From assembly GCA_963704705.1 (NCBI GenBank), contig OY969931.1, forward strand, positions 1,320,001 to 1,352,000: a DNA stretch of 32,000 nucleotides. The letters are read 5' to 3'. The stretch comes from an uncultured bacterium (lineage in GTDB: Bacteria > Patescibacteriota > Gracilibacteria > UBA1369 > PNNO01). Below the pieces are notes generated by a model. It saw only the letters and a list, made by a program, of their open reading frames with translations, made no database searches and had not been told where the DNA came from. The position numbers and the translations under genes were made by a program. This document shows positions 16,767-24,750 of this stretch, piece by piece (within the stretch, counting starts at the first letter, position 1; each line of letters begins with the position of its first letter).

Positions 16767-19172
16767 TTATGCTCCTCGAATTACTCCGCCCAAACTTTGA
16801 AGATTTTCAAAAATCTTTTTTTGAACTTTTGCCATTTCATCGTCAGTCAAAGTGCGGTCTTGAGCTTGCAATAAAACCCTGAATGCAAGCGCTTTTTTGT
16901 CTGCGTCAATATTTTCGCCCTGATAAATATCAAATAATTTAACTCTTTGAATTAGTGTTTCGTCAGCTTCACGGATCGCATCTTCAATTTCAGCAACCTT
17001 TTGTTTTCTATCAATCACAACTGAAATATCTATATCAAGTCCAGGGAATTTTGGTAATGGTTTGTATTTAACAAAATCCTGATCAAGCGCCGCAATTTTT
17101 GTAAAGTTGATTAAGAAAATGCCAACTTTGGCTTCAATATCCCAATTTTTTAGAACTCTTGGATGAACTTCACCAATTCCGCCAACTGTTTCTCCATTAA
17201 TTTTGATAGCTGCCTGGCGTGAAGGATGAACAAATGAAGGCTGATCTTTACCCAAAACAAACTCAGCTTCTTGTTTTAAAAACTGCGATAAAAACCCTTC
17301 AGCAACAGCTTTCACATCGTAATAAGGCTCAACTTTTGCTTTCTTTGGCAAAACAACACAGCCTCCGATCCATTTTTCTTCCAGAGGAAAATATTTTCCT
17401 TCTTCTATATATGTGCGGCCAACTTCAAAAATCCTGAAGCTGTCGAAATATCTTAAATTATCGCGAACATTTTTTAGTAAATTCGGAGCCAGTGAAACCC
17501 TTAAATGCGTCTGATCTTCAGACAAATAATTCTCCAAAAGTACATGGTTCGAATCATCCATTAAACATTTGTTGAGCTCATCTTTTCCGTAAAAAGAATA
17601 ATTATAAACCTCGCTCATTCCGTATGAATAAGCCAAAATCTTGCGTGCTTTATGTTTAAGCATTCGCTCAATATTTGCCATCGGAACTTTTATCGGAAGG
17701 TCCGGAAGATTTTCAGGAACATTTTCATATCCGTACATTCTTACAATTTCCTCAACAAGATCATCTTCGATATCGATGTCTTTTGTTGCGCGCCAGCTCG
17801 GAATTGTAACATCCAAAACTTTACCACTGCCCTTTACTTCAAATTCCAAAGACTCAAGTATTTTTTTACAATCAGCCGCACTAATTTTTACACCTATTTT
17901 TGATGAAACAACCTCGGTATCTAACTTAACAGTTTGCGGCTTTGGCAAGCCTTTATTTATATCAACAATCGATCCGGCTATTTCAGCGCCGGGACAAATC
18001 TGCATAATTAATTCGCAGGTTCTTTTAATTGCTGTCTCAGCCAAAACAGGATCCAAAGATTTCTCAAATCTCTGAACTGATTCAGTTCGTAAACCTAAAG
18101 TTGTTGAAGTTGTTCTTACGTTTTGCGGATTAAAATTCGCTGATTCAATAATAATTTCACGAGTTTTATCATTGATTTCGGAATTTTCACCACCCATTAT
18201 TCCGGCTAAAGCAACCGGTTTTTCATGATCGGCAATAACAAGCATTTTGTCAGTTAGTTTTCGCTCAACCCCATCTAAAGTTGTGATTTTTTCATCTTTT
18301 TTTGCACGTCTCACAACAATCCCTCCTTTTATAAAACCTCGGTCAAAAGCATGAAGAGGCTGGCCAAGCTCAGCCATCACATAGTTTGTAACATCAACAA
18401 TATTCGAAATCGGACGATATCCAACAGCCAGCAATCTATTCTGCATCCATTTTGGAGACGATTCGATTTTAATATTCTTGATAATTACACCGCAGTACCG
18501 AGGGCATAAATCATAGTCCTCGATTTTGATATCAGGTTGCTCACCCTTATCAGGAAATTTTACATCTAATTTAAGTGGTTTTAATTTCTTGCCGTAGATA
18601 GCCGCGAATTCGCGCGCCATACCGTAGTGCCCCCAAAGGTCAGGCCTATGCGTTAAAGACTTGTTATCGATTTCGATTGCATAATCTTCGTTAGCAAAAA
18701 GTTTTGCCAAAAGAGTCCCCGGCTTTTCTCCCATTTCACTCAGATCAACAATTTTATCACCTGTTGCTTCCAGCCCGATTTCTTCACCCGCGCAAATCAT
18801 TCCGCTGCTATCAACTCCCCGTAATTTAACAGTTTCTAACTTAACTGGATCACCTTCGCCATGCCATTTAACGTATGCGCCCGGCTTTGCAACCGGCACA
18901 AACATACCTTCATATAAATTGGTTCCGCCGCAAACAATCTGAGTGGTTTTAGCTTCGCCAATATCAACATGACAAACTTTTAATTTGTCTGCATTTGGAT
19001 GCGCTTCTAATTTAACAATTTTGCCCACAACCATATTTTCGTATCCTTTAGACAAATCTTCAATGCCCTCAACTTCAGCTGTTCTTGTTGTAATAAGATC
19101 AGCCATTTGTTGTGGTTTGAATTTTGCGTCCAAATCAACGAAATCTTTAATCCAATTTAGCGAAATATACAT
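16767..19172 (-). CDS. pheT: Phenylalanine--tRNA ligase beta subunit
   Basis: MYISLNWIKDFVDLD, tRNA-binding domain VGKIVKLEAHPNADKLKVCHVD, B3/B4 ALAGIMGG, FDX-ACB-like C-terminus KFPGLDIDISVVIDRKQKVAEIEDAIREA. Confidence 0.96.
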   Translation of the reverse strand: MYISLNWIKDFVDLDAKFKPQQMADLITTRTAEVEGIEDLSKGYENMVVGKIVKLEAHPNADKLKVCHVDIGEAKTTQIVCGGTNLYEGMFVPVAKPGAYVKWHGEGDPVKLETVKLRGVDSSGMICAGEEIGLEATGDKIVDLSEMGEKPGTLLAKLFANEDYAIEIDNKSLTHRPDLWGHYGMAREFAAIYGKKLKPLKLDVKFPDKGEQPDIKIEDYDLCPRYCGVIIKNIKIESSPKWMQNRLLAVGYRPISNIVDVTNYVMAELGQPLHAFDRGFIKGGIVVRRAKKDEKITTLDGVERKLTDKMLVIADHEKPVALAGIMGGENSEINDKTREIIIESANFNPQNVRTTSTTLGLRTESVQRFEKSLDPVLAETAIKRTCELIMQICPGAEIAGSIVDINKGLPKPQTVKLDTEVVSSKIGVKISAADCKKILESLEFEVKGSGKVLDVTIPSWRATKDIDIEDDLVEEIVRMYGYENVPENLPDLPIKVPMANIERMLKHKARKILAYSYGMSEVYNYSFYGKDELNKCLMDDSNHVLLENYLSEDQTHLRVSLAPNLLKNVRDNLRYFDSFRIFEVGRTYIEEGKYFPLEEKWIGGCVVLPKKAKVEPYYDVKAVAEGFLSQFLKQEAEFVLGKDQPSFVHPSRQAAIKINGETVGGIGEVHPRVLKNWDIEAKVGIFLINFTKIAALDQDFVKYKPLPKFPGLDIDISVVIDRKQKVAEIEDAIREADETLIQRVKLFDIYQGENIDADKKALAFRVLLQAQDRTLTDDEMAKVQKKIFENLQSLGGVIRGA

Positions 19173-19198
19173 ACTATAAATTACTAATTACTAATTTC

Positions 19199-19663
19199 TT
19201 ATTGCTGATAAGTGCAACCGGTAAGTTCAGCCAAGGTTGCAAGCGGTGTGTTACCTGATTTCATTGTGCCATCCCCGAAAATCCATGTCGGAACAGCTTT
19301 AACTCCTGCGTCTGTACATGCCTGCGCCCATCCATCGCCTTCTGCACATTCTGTGTTATCTAAATATTGAAGTGCGTCACCAAATGCTTCTTTTTGATTT
19401 TTACAATGTCCGCACCAGCTGGCAGTATAAAGTTTTGTGCCTGATTCGGTTATACATTTTGCAAGAGCAACTTCCGGTGATTCTGAAGATGCCTCTGCAG
19501 TTGCAGGAGTTTCCATTGCATCATCTTCAATTGTATCTTTAATACTCTGTGTTTCTTCATTTGATATTGCTTCAGACGTATCTTCAGGAGCAGCTGATTG
19601 GGACCATGTACATCCTGAAAAAACAAGAAGTCCTAAAACTAATAATGGTACTAATTTTTTCAT
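19199..19663 (-). CDS. Thioredoxin-fold lipoprotein with CGHC active site
   Basis: Start moved to MKKLVPLLVLGLLVFSGC (lipobox). Domain TKLYTASWCGHCKNQKEAFGDAL...AVPTWIFGDG with cis-Pro-like VPTW. Confidence 0.85.
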   Translation of the reverse strand: MKKLVPLLVLGLLVFSGCTWSQSAAPEDTSEAISNEETQSIKDTIEDDAMETPATAEASSESPEVALAKCITESGTKLYTASWCGHCKNQKEAFGDALQYLDNTECAEGDGWAQACTDAGVKAVPTWIFGDGTMKSGNTPLATLAELTGCTYQQ

Positions 19664-19664
19664 A

Positions 19665-20705
19665 TTAAAATTGGTTAATAAATCGTAAATCACCACTTAA
19701 ATTGTGGCGTATATCATCGATGCCGTGACGCATCATCACTAAACGGGTAAGGCCAAATCCAAATGCCCAGCCCTGCCATTTTTTTGGATCAATTCCGCCG
19801 GCCTTAAGCACATTTTCATGCACCATACCAGCACCCATAAATTCAACCCATCCGGTTTTTTTACAAACTCTGCAGCCTTTTCCTCCGCAAATCAAACAGC
19901 TAAAATCTACTTCAAGTCCCGGTTCAACAAACGGAAAATACCCCGGCCTGATTCTAACTTTAACTTCGCGCCCGAAAAGCCTTGAAAGAAATTCTTTGAG
20001 TACGCCTTTAAGATTTGCGATTGATATATTTTTATCAATCATCAATCCCTCAACCTGATAAAAAGTTGTATCATGCGAAGCATCGGTTGCCTCATATCTA
20101 AAAGTTCTTCCAGGAACAATCATTCGCAAAGGCGCTCCGTATTTTTCCATTGTTCTAACCTGAACAGGTGAGGTGTGAGTTCGTAAAACCATTCTTCCGT
20201 GCTTTTTATCCTGCTTATCTTTAATAAAGAAAGTGTCCTGCATGTCGCGTGCAGGATGCCAAGCAGGGATATTCAAACCTTCAAAATTATAATATTCAGA
20301 TTCCGCCTCAGGTCCGTCCATAATCATAAAACCCATGCTTGTAAAAATTTGCTCAACTTCTTCCTGCACCTGTGAAAGCGGATGAATATGGCCTTCTAAG
20401 GTTTCAGGTCCCGGCGCAGTTACATCAAAAGTTGGATCCTTTAATTGCTCGTCTAGTTGTGCTTTTTCTAAGGCGATTTTTCTTGTTGAGACCTCCTGTT
20501 CAAGTTTATTTTTCACTTCATTACTTAATTTACCGATAATTTTTTTATCTTCATCAGAAAGGTCTTTAAGCCCCCTTAAAATATTTGTGAGTTCGCCCTT
20601 TCTTCCCAAAAATTTAACTTCAACTTCATTTAGCTGATTCAGGTCGCTGGCCTTAGATATGGCGTCCAGGCATTCTTTTTTTAATTTTTCGAGTTGTTCT
20701 TTCAT
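19665..20705 (-). CDS. pheS: Phenylalanine--tRNA ligase alpha subunit
   Basis: VEVKFLGRKGELTNILRGLKDLSDEDKKIIGKLSN, HPLSQVQEEVEQIFTSMGF, RTHTSPVQVRTM, PGRTFRYEATDASHDTTFYQVEGL, GFGLTRLVMMRHGIDDIR. Confidence 0.97.
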   Translation of the reverse strand: MKEQLEKLKKECLDAISKASDLNQLNEVEVKFLGRKGELTNILRGLKDLSDEDKKIIGKLSNEVKNKLEQEVSTRKIALEKAQLDEQLKDPTFDVTAPGPETLEGHIHPLSQVQEEVEQIFTSMGFMIMDGPEAESEYYNFEGLNIPAWHPARDMQDTFFIKDKQDKKHGRMVLRTHTSPVQVRTMEKYGAPLRMIVPGRTFRYEATDASHDTTFYQVEGLMIDKNISIANLKGVLKEFLSRLFGREVKVRIRPGYFPFVEPGLEVDFSCLICGGKGCRVCKKTGWVEFMGAGMVHENVLKAGGIDPKKWQGWAFGFGLTRLVMMRHGIDDIRHNLSGDLRFINQF

Positions 20706-20754
20706 GTTTTTTAAAACCTAAAGATTCGGTCTTTAATTTAGCCGTTTTTTGTTT

Positions 20755-20800
20755 GCTTGGCAAGGCGGGCTTGCCAGGCAAAGGCCCCTTGCTTAGCAAG
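20755..20800. repeat. Palindromic repeat cluster, GC-shifted subtype
   Basis: GCTTGGCAAGG, CTTGCCAGGCAAAG, CTTGCTTAGCAAG (20788-20800). The last is TTACTTAGTAA with matched changes in both arms. Confidence 0.75.
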
Positions 20801-20812
20801 CATATGTTTGTG

Positions 20813-20818
20813 TATAAT
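20813..20818 (+). promoter_or_regulatory. -10 element (TATAAT); the -35 may lie within the palindrome at 20789
   Basis: TTGCTT(20789-20794), 18-nt spacer, TATAAT(20813-20818). Confidence 0.45.
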
Positions 20819-20894
20819 TCTCTCCTCATTTGAATTAAAAAGCTTTTTTAAGCTTTTTGGATTTGGATGGTAACCACGAGAGGAGGAAAAGTTT

Positions 20895-21104
20895 ATGGCA
20901 AGGAAGCCCAACGAAAGGTTGATTGGAGTCTGCAATGCATGCGGCATTGAACTGGAAGACAAGATTGTCGATGCGCTCTGGCGCAACGGCGACTACACAG
21001 TGCAGCCCCAGTGCACCAACTGTAAAAAAGGGCGGTTCCAGGCACGCTATCGCAAGATCGACTTTGCCACGCTAAACGTGCTCGGCACCAGGCCGGCTGA
21101 CTGA
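20895..21104 (+). CDS. Small zinc-ribbon-like protein (69 aa)
   Basis: RBS AGGAGGAAAA directly upstream. CxxC...CxxC pattern (VCNACGIELEDK...PQCTNCKKGRF). GC-rich. Confidence 0.65.
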   Translation: MARKPNERLIGVCNACGIELEDKIVDALWRNGDYTVQPQCTNCKKGRFQARYRKIDFATLNVLGTRPAD

Positions 21105-21113
21105 CCCCCCCAA

Positions 21114-21194
21114 GGTGCTCGTATCAGGCCATTCCCGTAAGGGATGCTGAAACAAGACCGAGGCCAGTGTCTTACCACGGTCTGATCGAGTACT
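21114..21194 (+). ncRNA. Candidate three-way-junction RNA element in the 3' UTR of the small zinc-ribbon gene
   Basis: GGTGCTCG(21114-21121)/CGAGTACT(21187-21194), continued by ATCAG(21123-21127)/CTGAT(21182-21186). Encloses hairpins CATTCC cgtaa GGGATG and GACCG/CGGTC. Confidence 0.5.
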
Positions 21195-21200
21195 TCTCCT

Positions 21201-21235
21201 GTCCCCGTCGCGCAACTCTGCCGATGGGGACTTTT
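21201..21235 (+). terminator. Probable intrinsic terminator
   Basis: GTCCCC(21201-21206)/GGGGAC(21226-21231) followed by TTTTCTTT. Confidence 0.65.
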
Positions 21236-21304
21236 CTTTATGTGAGTTGCGACACTGTTAATTTTAAGGTATAATATATTGAAGAATAAATAACAAAAAT
21301 AAAA

Positions 21305-21745
21305 ATGCCAAAAAATAGTCCAAGAAAAGAATCTGAAAATTTTCATACTCAACATCAACATCTTGAAACTCCGGAACCTATTGACCATGCAAAAGAAATT
21401 GCTGACCTTGCCTGGAGCATTAATCTACAAGAACAAACTCCGCAAAATGAAAAAGACAAAATGTTAAATGTACTGAAAAAACTTAAATTAGAAGGATGTC
21501 CGTCTGAAAAAAAATTAATTGATAAAAAATTTACAATTGTTGAAACAAGTGTTTTTCATCCTGATGATTTATTGATTACAGATATGAAGACCGGGGAAGT
21601 AAAGCTCGACGAAAGTATGCTCGGTCATTTTACAAACAGATATATCGCAATGTATACAAATGAAAATAAAAAACAAGGTATAGACTGGGACATTGCAAAA
21701 CGCGATGACGGTACGTATGTTATTTACGAAAAAAGAAAGAGCTAA
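21305..21745 (+). CDS. Hypothetical protein
   Basis: 146-aa ORF filling a gap, with TATAAT-like motifs about 30 nt upstream. No family recognised. Confidence 0.6.
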   Translation: MPKNSPRKESENFHTQHQHLETPEPIDHAKEIADLAWSINLQEQTPQNEKDKMLNVLKKLKLEGCPSEKKLIDKKFTIVETSVFHPDDLLITDMKTGEVKLDESMLGHFTNRYIAMYTNENKKQGIDWDIAKRDDGTYVIYEKRKS

Positions 21746-21796
21746 AAAAAGAGGAACCAGATGGTTCCCCTTTAATTTAACTTTTCAGTCTACAAA

Positions 21797-22072
21797 CTAT
21801 CTAACTGCATCTTTAAGAGATTTTCCAGCTTTAAAAGCAGGTAATTTCATTGCAGGGATTTTGATTTTCTGACTAGGATTTCGTGGATTCACACCAGTTC
21901 GAGCAGCTCTTTTTGAAACACGGAATGTTCCAAATCCAGTGATAGTAACATTTTGACCTTTTTTAAGGCTAGCAGTTACAGCGTCTAGAACAGCGTCTAG
22001 TACTTCCCCAGCTGCTTTTTTTGTTACACCAGCTTTTGAAGCTGCGTGATTTACTAGGTCTTGCTTTGTCAT
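21797..22072 (-). CDS. HU-family DNA-binding protein
   Basis: MTKQDLVNHAASKAGVTKKAAGEVLDAVLDAVTASLKKGQNVTITGFGTFRVSKRAARTGVNPRNPSQKIKIPAMKLPAFKAGKSLKDAV. Confidence 0.97.
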   Translation of the reverse strand: MTKQDLVNHAASKAGVTKKAAGEVLDAVLDAVTASLKKGQNVTITGFGTFRVSKRAARTGVNPRNPSQKIKIPAMKLPAFKAGKSLKDAVR

Positions 22073-22374
22073 AGCAAAGAGAGGTTAAGAATAAATAATT
22101 GTTTGAAGAACTTAAAAAAGCCCTAAGACGTCAGCATTATAGCCAGTTCAAATAAAGATGCAAGTAAATTTAACAAAATATAGCCCTTTTTTAAGGGAAA
22201 AATCAGCCGAAATTCTCATTTGCGCGCTTATACAAGCCAATTAATTTGCCCTTGCGTAAATTTTCCTTTTATTTCCTTTTTATAAGCCAAAAATCCCAAA
22301 TTTGTTGACACTCTTGTATTAACGGTGTTAACTAAAAAGAAGCGACCTTAGATAAAATTAACCTTATTATATAT

Positions 22375-24669
22375 ATGGCAGATAACCTGGTTATAGTTGA
22401 GTCCCCTGCTAAAGCAAAAACAATTAAACAATATTTGGGGAAAGATTTTGATGTTGAAGCATCAATGGGGCATGTTAGGGATCTTCCAAAATCACAAATG
22501 GGAATTGATACTGAAAAAGACTTTGAGCCTTCTTACACGGTCCCGGCAGATAAAAAAAAGACGATCGCGAACCTAAAGAAAAAAATTAAGTCAGACACTA
22601 AAATATGGATCGCAACCGATGAGGACCGCGAAGGAGAAGCCATTGGCTGGCACTTGTTAAAAGCGCTAAAAGTAGATGAAAAAAAGCATGATGTAAAAAG
22701 AATTGTGTTCCATGAAATCACTAAAGAAGCGATTTTAAATTCTATAAAAGAACCGCGTGAAATTAATGCAGACCTGGTTGATGCGCAGCAGGCCCGAAGA
22801 GTTTTGGATCGTTTGGTTGGTTATGAACTTTCACCATTATTATGGAAAAAAATTAGATACGGACTTTCAGCTGGCCGCGTGCAGTCAGTTGCTGTTCGTT
22901 TGATTGTTGAACGTGAACGTGAAATTCTCGCTTTCAACCCGGAAGAGTTCTGGAAATTAATTGGAAATTTTATTGGAGACGAGAAAAAGGAATTCGAAGC
23001 GCAGCTATCAAAAATCAAAGGAAAAAAACAGGAAGTCACAAATAAAAAAGACGCTGATAAAATTCTAAAAGATTTGGATGGTGCCGATTATAAAGTGGTA
23101 AGTGTTGAAGAAAAGAAAGCTAAAAGAAATCCTGCGCCGCCGTTTATTACGTCTACATTGCAGCAGGAAGCTTCACGCAAACTTGGATTTTCGGTTAAGA
23201 AAACAATGATGATTGCGCAGCAGTTGTATGAAGGTGTTGAAACAGCTGAAGGTAATAAAGGTTTGATTACGTATATGAGAACAGACTCTTTTAATTTATC
23301 TGCTCAGGCAGTTAAACAGGCTCATAAAGTTATTGTTAATGAATTTGGAAAAGAATATGTTGCTGAAAAACCCCGTATTTATAAAAAAACAAAAGGAGCA
23401 CAGGAAGCTCACGAAGCGATTCGTCCTACAAATCTTGAACTTTTACCTGAAGATGTAAAAAAACATTTGAATAAAGATCAGTTCAGATTATATGAATTGA
23501 TCTGGAAAAGAACTATAGCATGTCAAATGCAGACAGCGATTTTAAATCAGGTTAAAGCCCAAATTGAAGCCAACGATTATATATTTGATGCAACGGGCCA
23601 GACTATTGATTTTGCCGGATTTATGAAAGTTTATGTGGAAGATGAAGACGAAGATGACAATCCTGACAATGAAGAAAAAGCTAAAAAGCATGAAAAATTT
23701 CTTCCTAAATTAAAAGAAGGAGAAAATCTGGATTGCAAAAAACTTGATGCAACTCAACACTTCACTCAGCCTCCGCACAGATATACCGAAGCATCGCTTG
23801 TTAAAAAACTGGAGTCTGAAGGAATCGGTCGTCCATCAACTTATGCGCCTACAATCACAACAATTCAGGCTCGCGGATATATTGAAAGAGAAGGCAAAGC
23901 CTTAAAACCAACTGATACGGGTATGGTTGTTAACGACTTTTTAGTGAAATATTTTCCTGACATTGTTGATTATAAATTCACTGCTGAAATGGAAGAAGAT
24001 CTGGATATGATCGCTCATGGAAAAAAAGAGTGGGTGCCGATTATTAAAGAATTCTATGATCCATTCCATAAAAATATTAAAGAAAAAGAAAAATCTGTTA
24101 ATAAAGCTGATGTTGTAAATGAAGAAACCGATGAAATTTGTGATTTATGCGGTAAGCCAATGGTAATTAAATTGGGAAGATTCGGAAAATTCTTAAGCTG
24201 TTCGAATTATCCTGAATGTAAAAACGCGAAACCAATCGAGAAAAAAGGAGAAGACGGCCAGCCCGAAAAAGATGAATTGGCCATTGATCCTGAACTTGCA
24301 AAAAAACTAAAAGATAAAAAATGTGAAAAATGCGGAAGTCCGATGGAAATAAAACGCGGTAAATACGGTCACTTCCTGGGCTGTACAAATTATCCAAAGT
24401 GCAAACATATTCAGCCGATAATAAAATTCAGCGGAGTTAAATGTCCGCGCTGTAAAAAAGGCCAGCTCGTCGAACGCCATGCGCGCAAAACAGGTAAAGC
24501 TTTTTATGGTTGTAATCAGTTTCCTAAATGTAAGTTTGCAACCTGGGATAAACCGCTTGTGGACAAATGCAAAGACTGTCAGGGAATGCTGGTTGAAAAA
24601 AAGGACGGAGAAATTGTTTGTACTGCATGTCAAAAACAAGCTAAAGAAGGAAAACCGAAAAAGAAATAG
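22375..24669 (+). CDS. topA: DNA topoisomerase I (type IA)
   Basis: LVIVESPAKAKTIKQYLGKDFDVEASMGHVRDLP, TDEDREGEAIGWHL, GLITYMRTDS, SAGRVQSVAVRLIVERE, C-terminal Cys4 zinc ribbons. Confidence 0.97.
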   Translation: MADNLVIVESPAKAKTIKQYLGKDFDVEASMGHVRDLPKSQMGIDTEKDFEPSYTVPADKKKTIANLKKKIKSDTKIWIATDEDREGEAIGWHLLKALKVDEKKHDVKRIVFHEITKEAILNSIKEPREINADLVDAQQARRVLDRLVGYELSPLLWKKIRYGLSAGRVQSVAVRLIVEREREILAFNPEEFWKLIGNFIGDEKKEFEAQLSKIKGKKQEVTNKKDADKILKDLDGADYKVVSVEEKKAKRNPAPPFITSTLQQEASRKLGFSVKKTMMIAQQLYEGVETAEGNKGLITYMRTDSFNLSAQAVKQAHKVIVNEFGKEYVAEKPRIYKKTKGAQEAHEAIRPTNLELLPEDVKKHLNKDQFRLYELIWKRTIACQMQTAILNQVKAQIEANDYIFDATGQTIDFAGFMKVYVEDEDEDDNPDNEEKAKKHEKFLPKLKEGENLDCKKLDATQHFTQPPHRYTEASLVKKLESEGIGRPSTYAPTITTIQARGYIEREGKALKPTDTGMVVNDFLVKYFPDIVDYKFTAEMEEDLDMIAHGKKEWVPIIKEFYDPFHKNIKEKEKSVNKADVVNEETDEICDLCGKPMVIKLGRFGKFLSCSNYPECKNAKPIEKKGEDGQPEKDELAIDPELAKKLKDKKCEKCGSPMEIKRGKYGHFLGCTNYPKCKHIQPIIKFSGVKCPRCKKGQLVERHARKTGKAFYGCNQFPKCKFATWDKPLVDKCKDCQGMLVEKKDGEIVCTACQKQAKEGKPKKK

Positions 24670-24750
24670 CAACTATGAAAATATATGCTGAGCCTGGTTG
24701 ATTTTTAAGCTATTTAATGGTAAAATAAAAAGAAGAAAAAATAAAAAAAT

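Noticed and set aside
22533-24672. Minus-strand ORFs antisense to topA
   Set aside because: They are shadows of a strongly conserved topA frame; the translations look non-protein-like.
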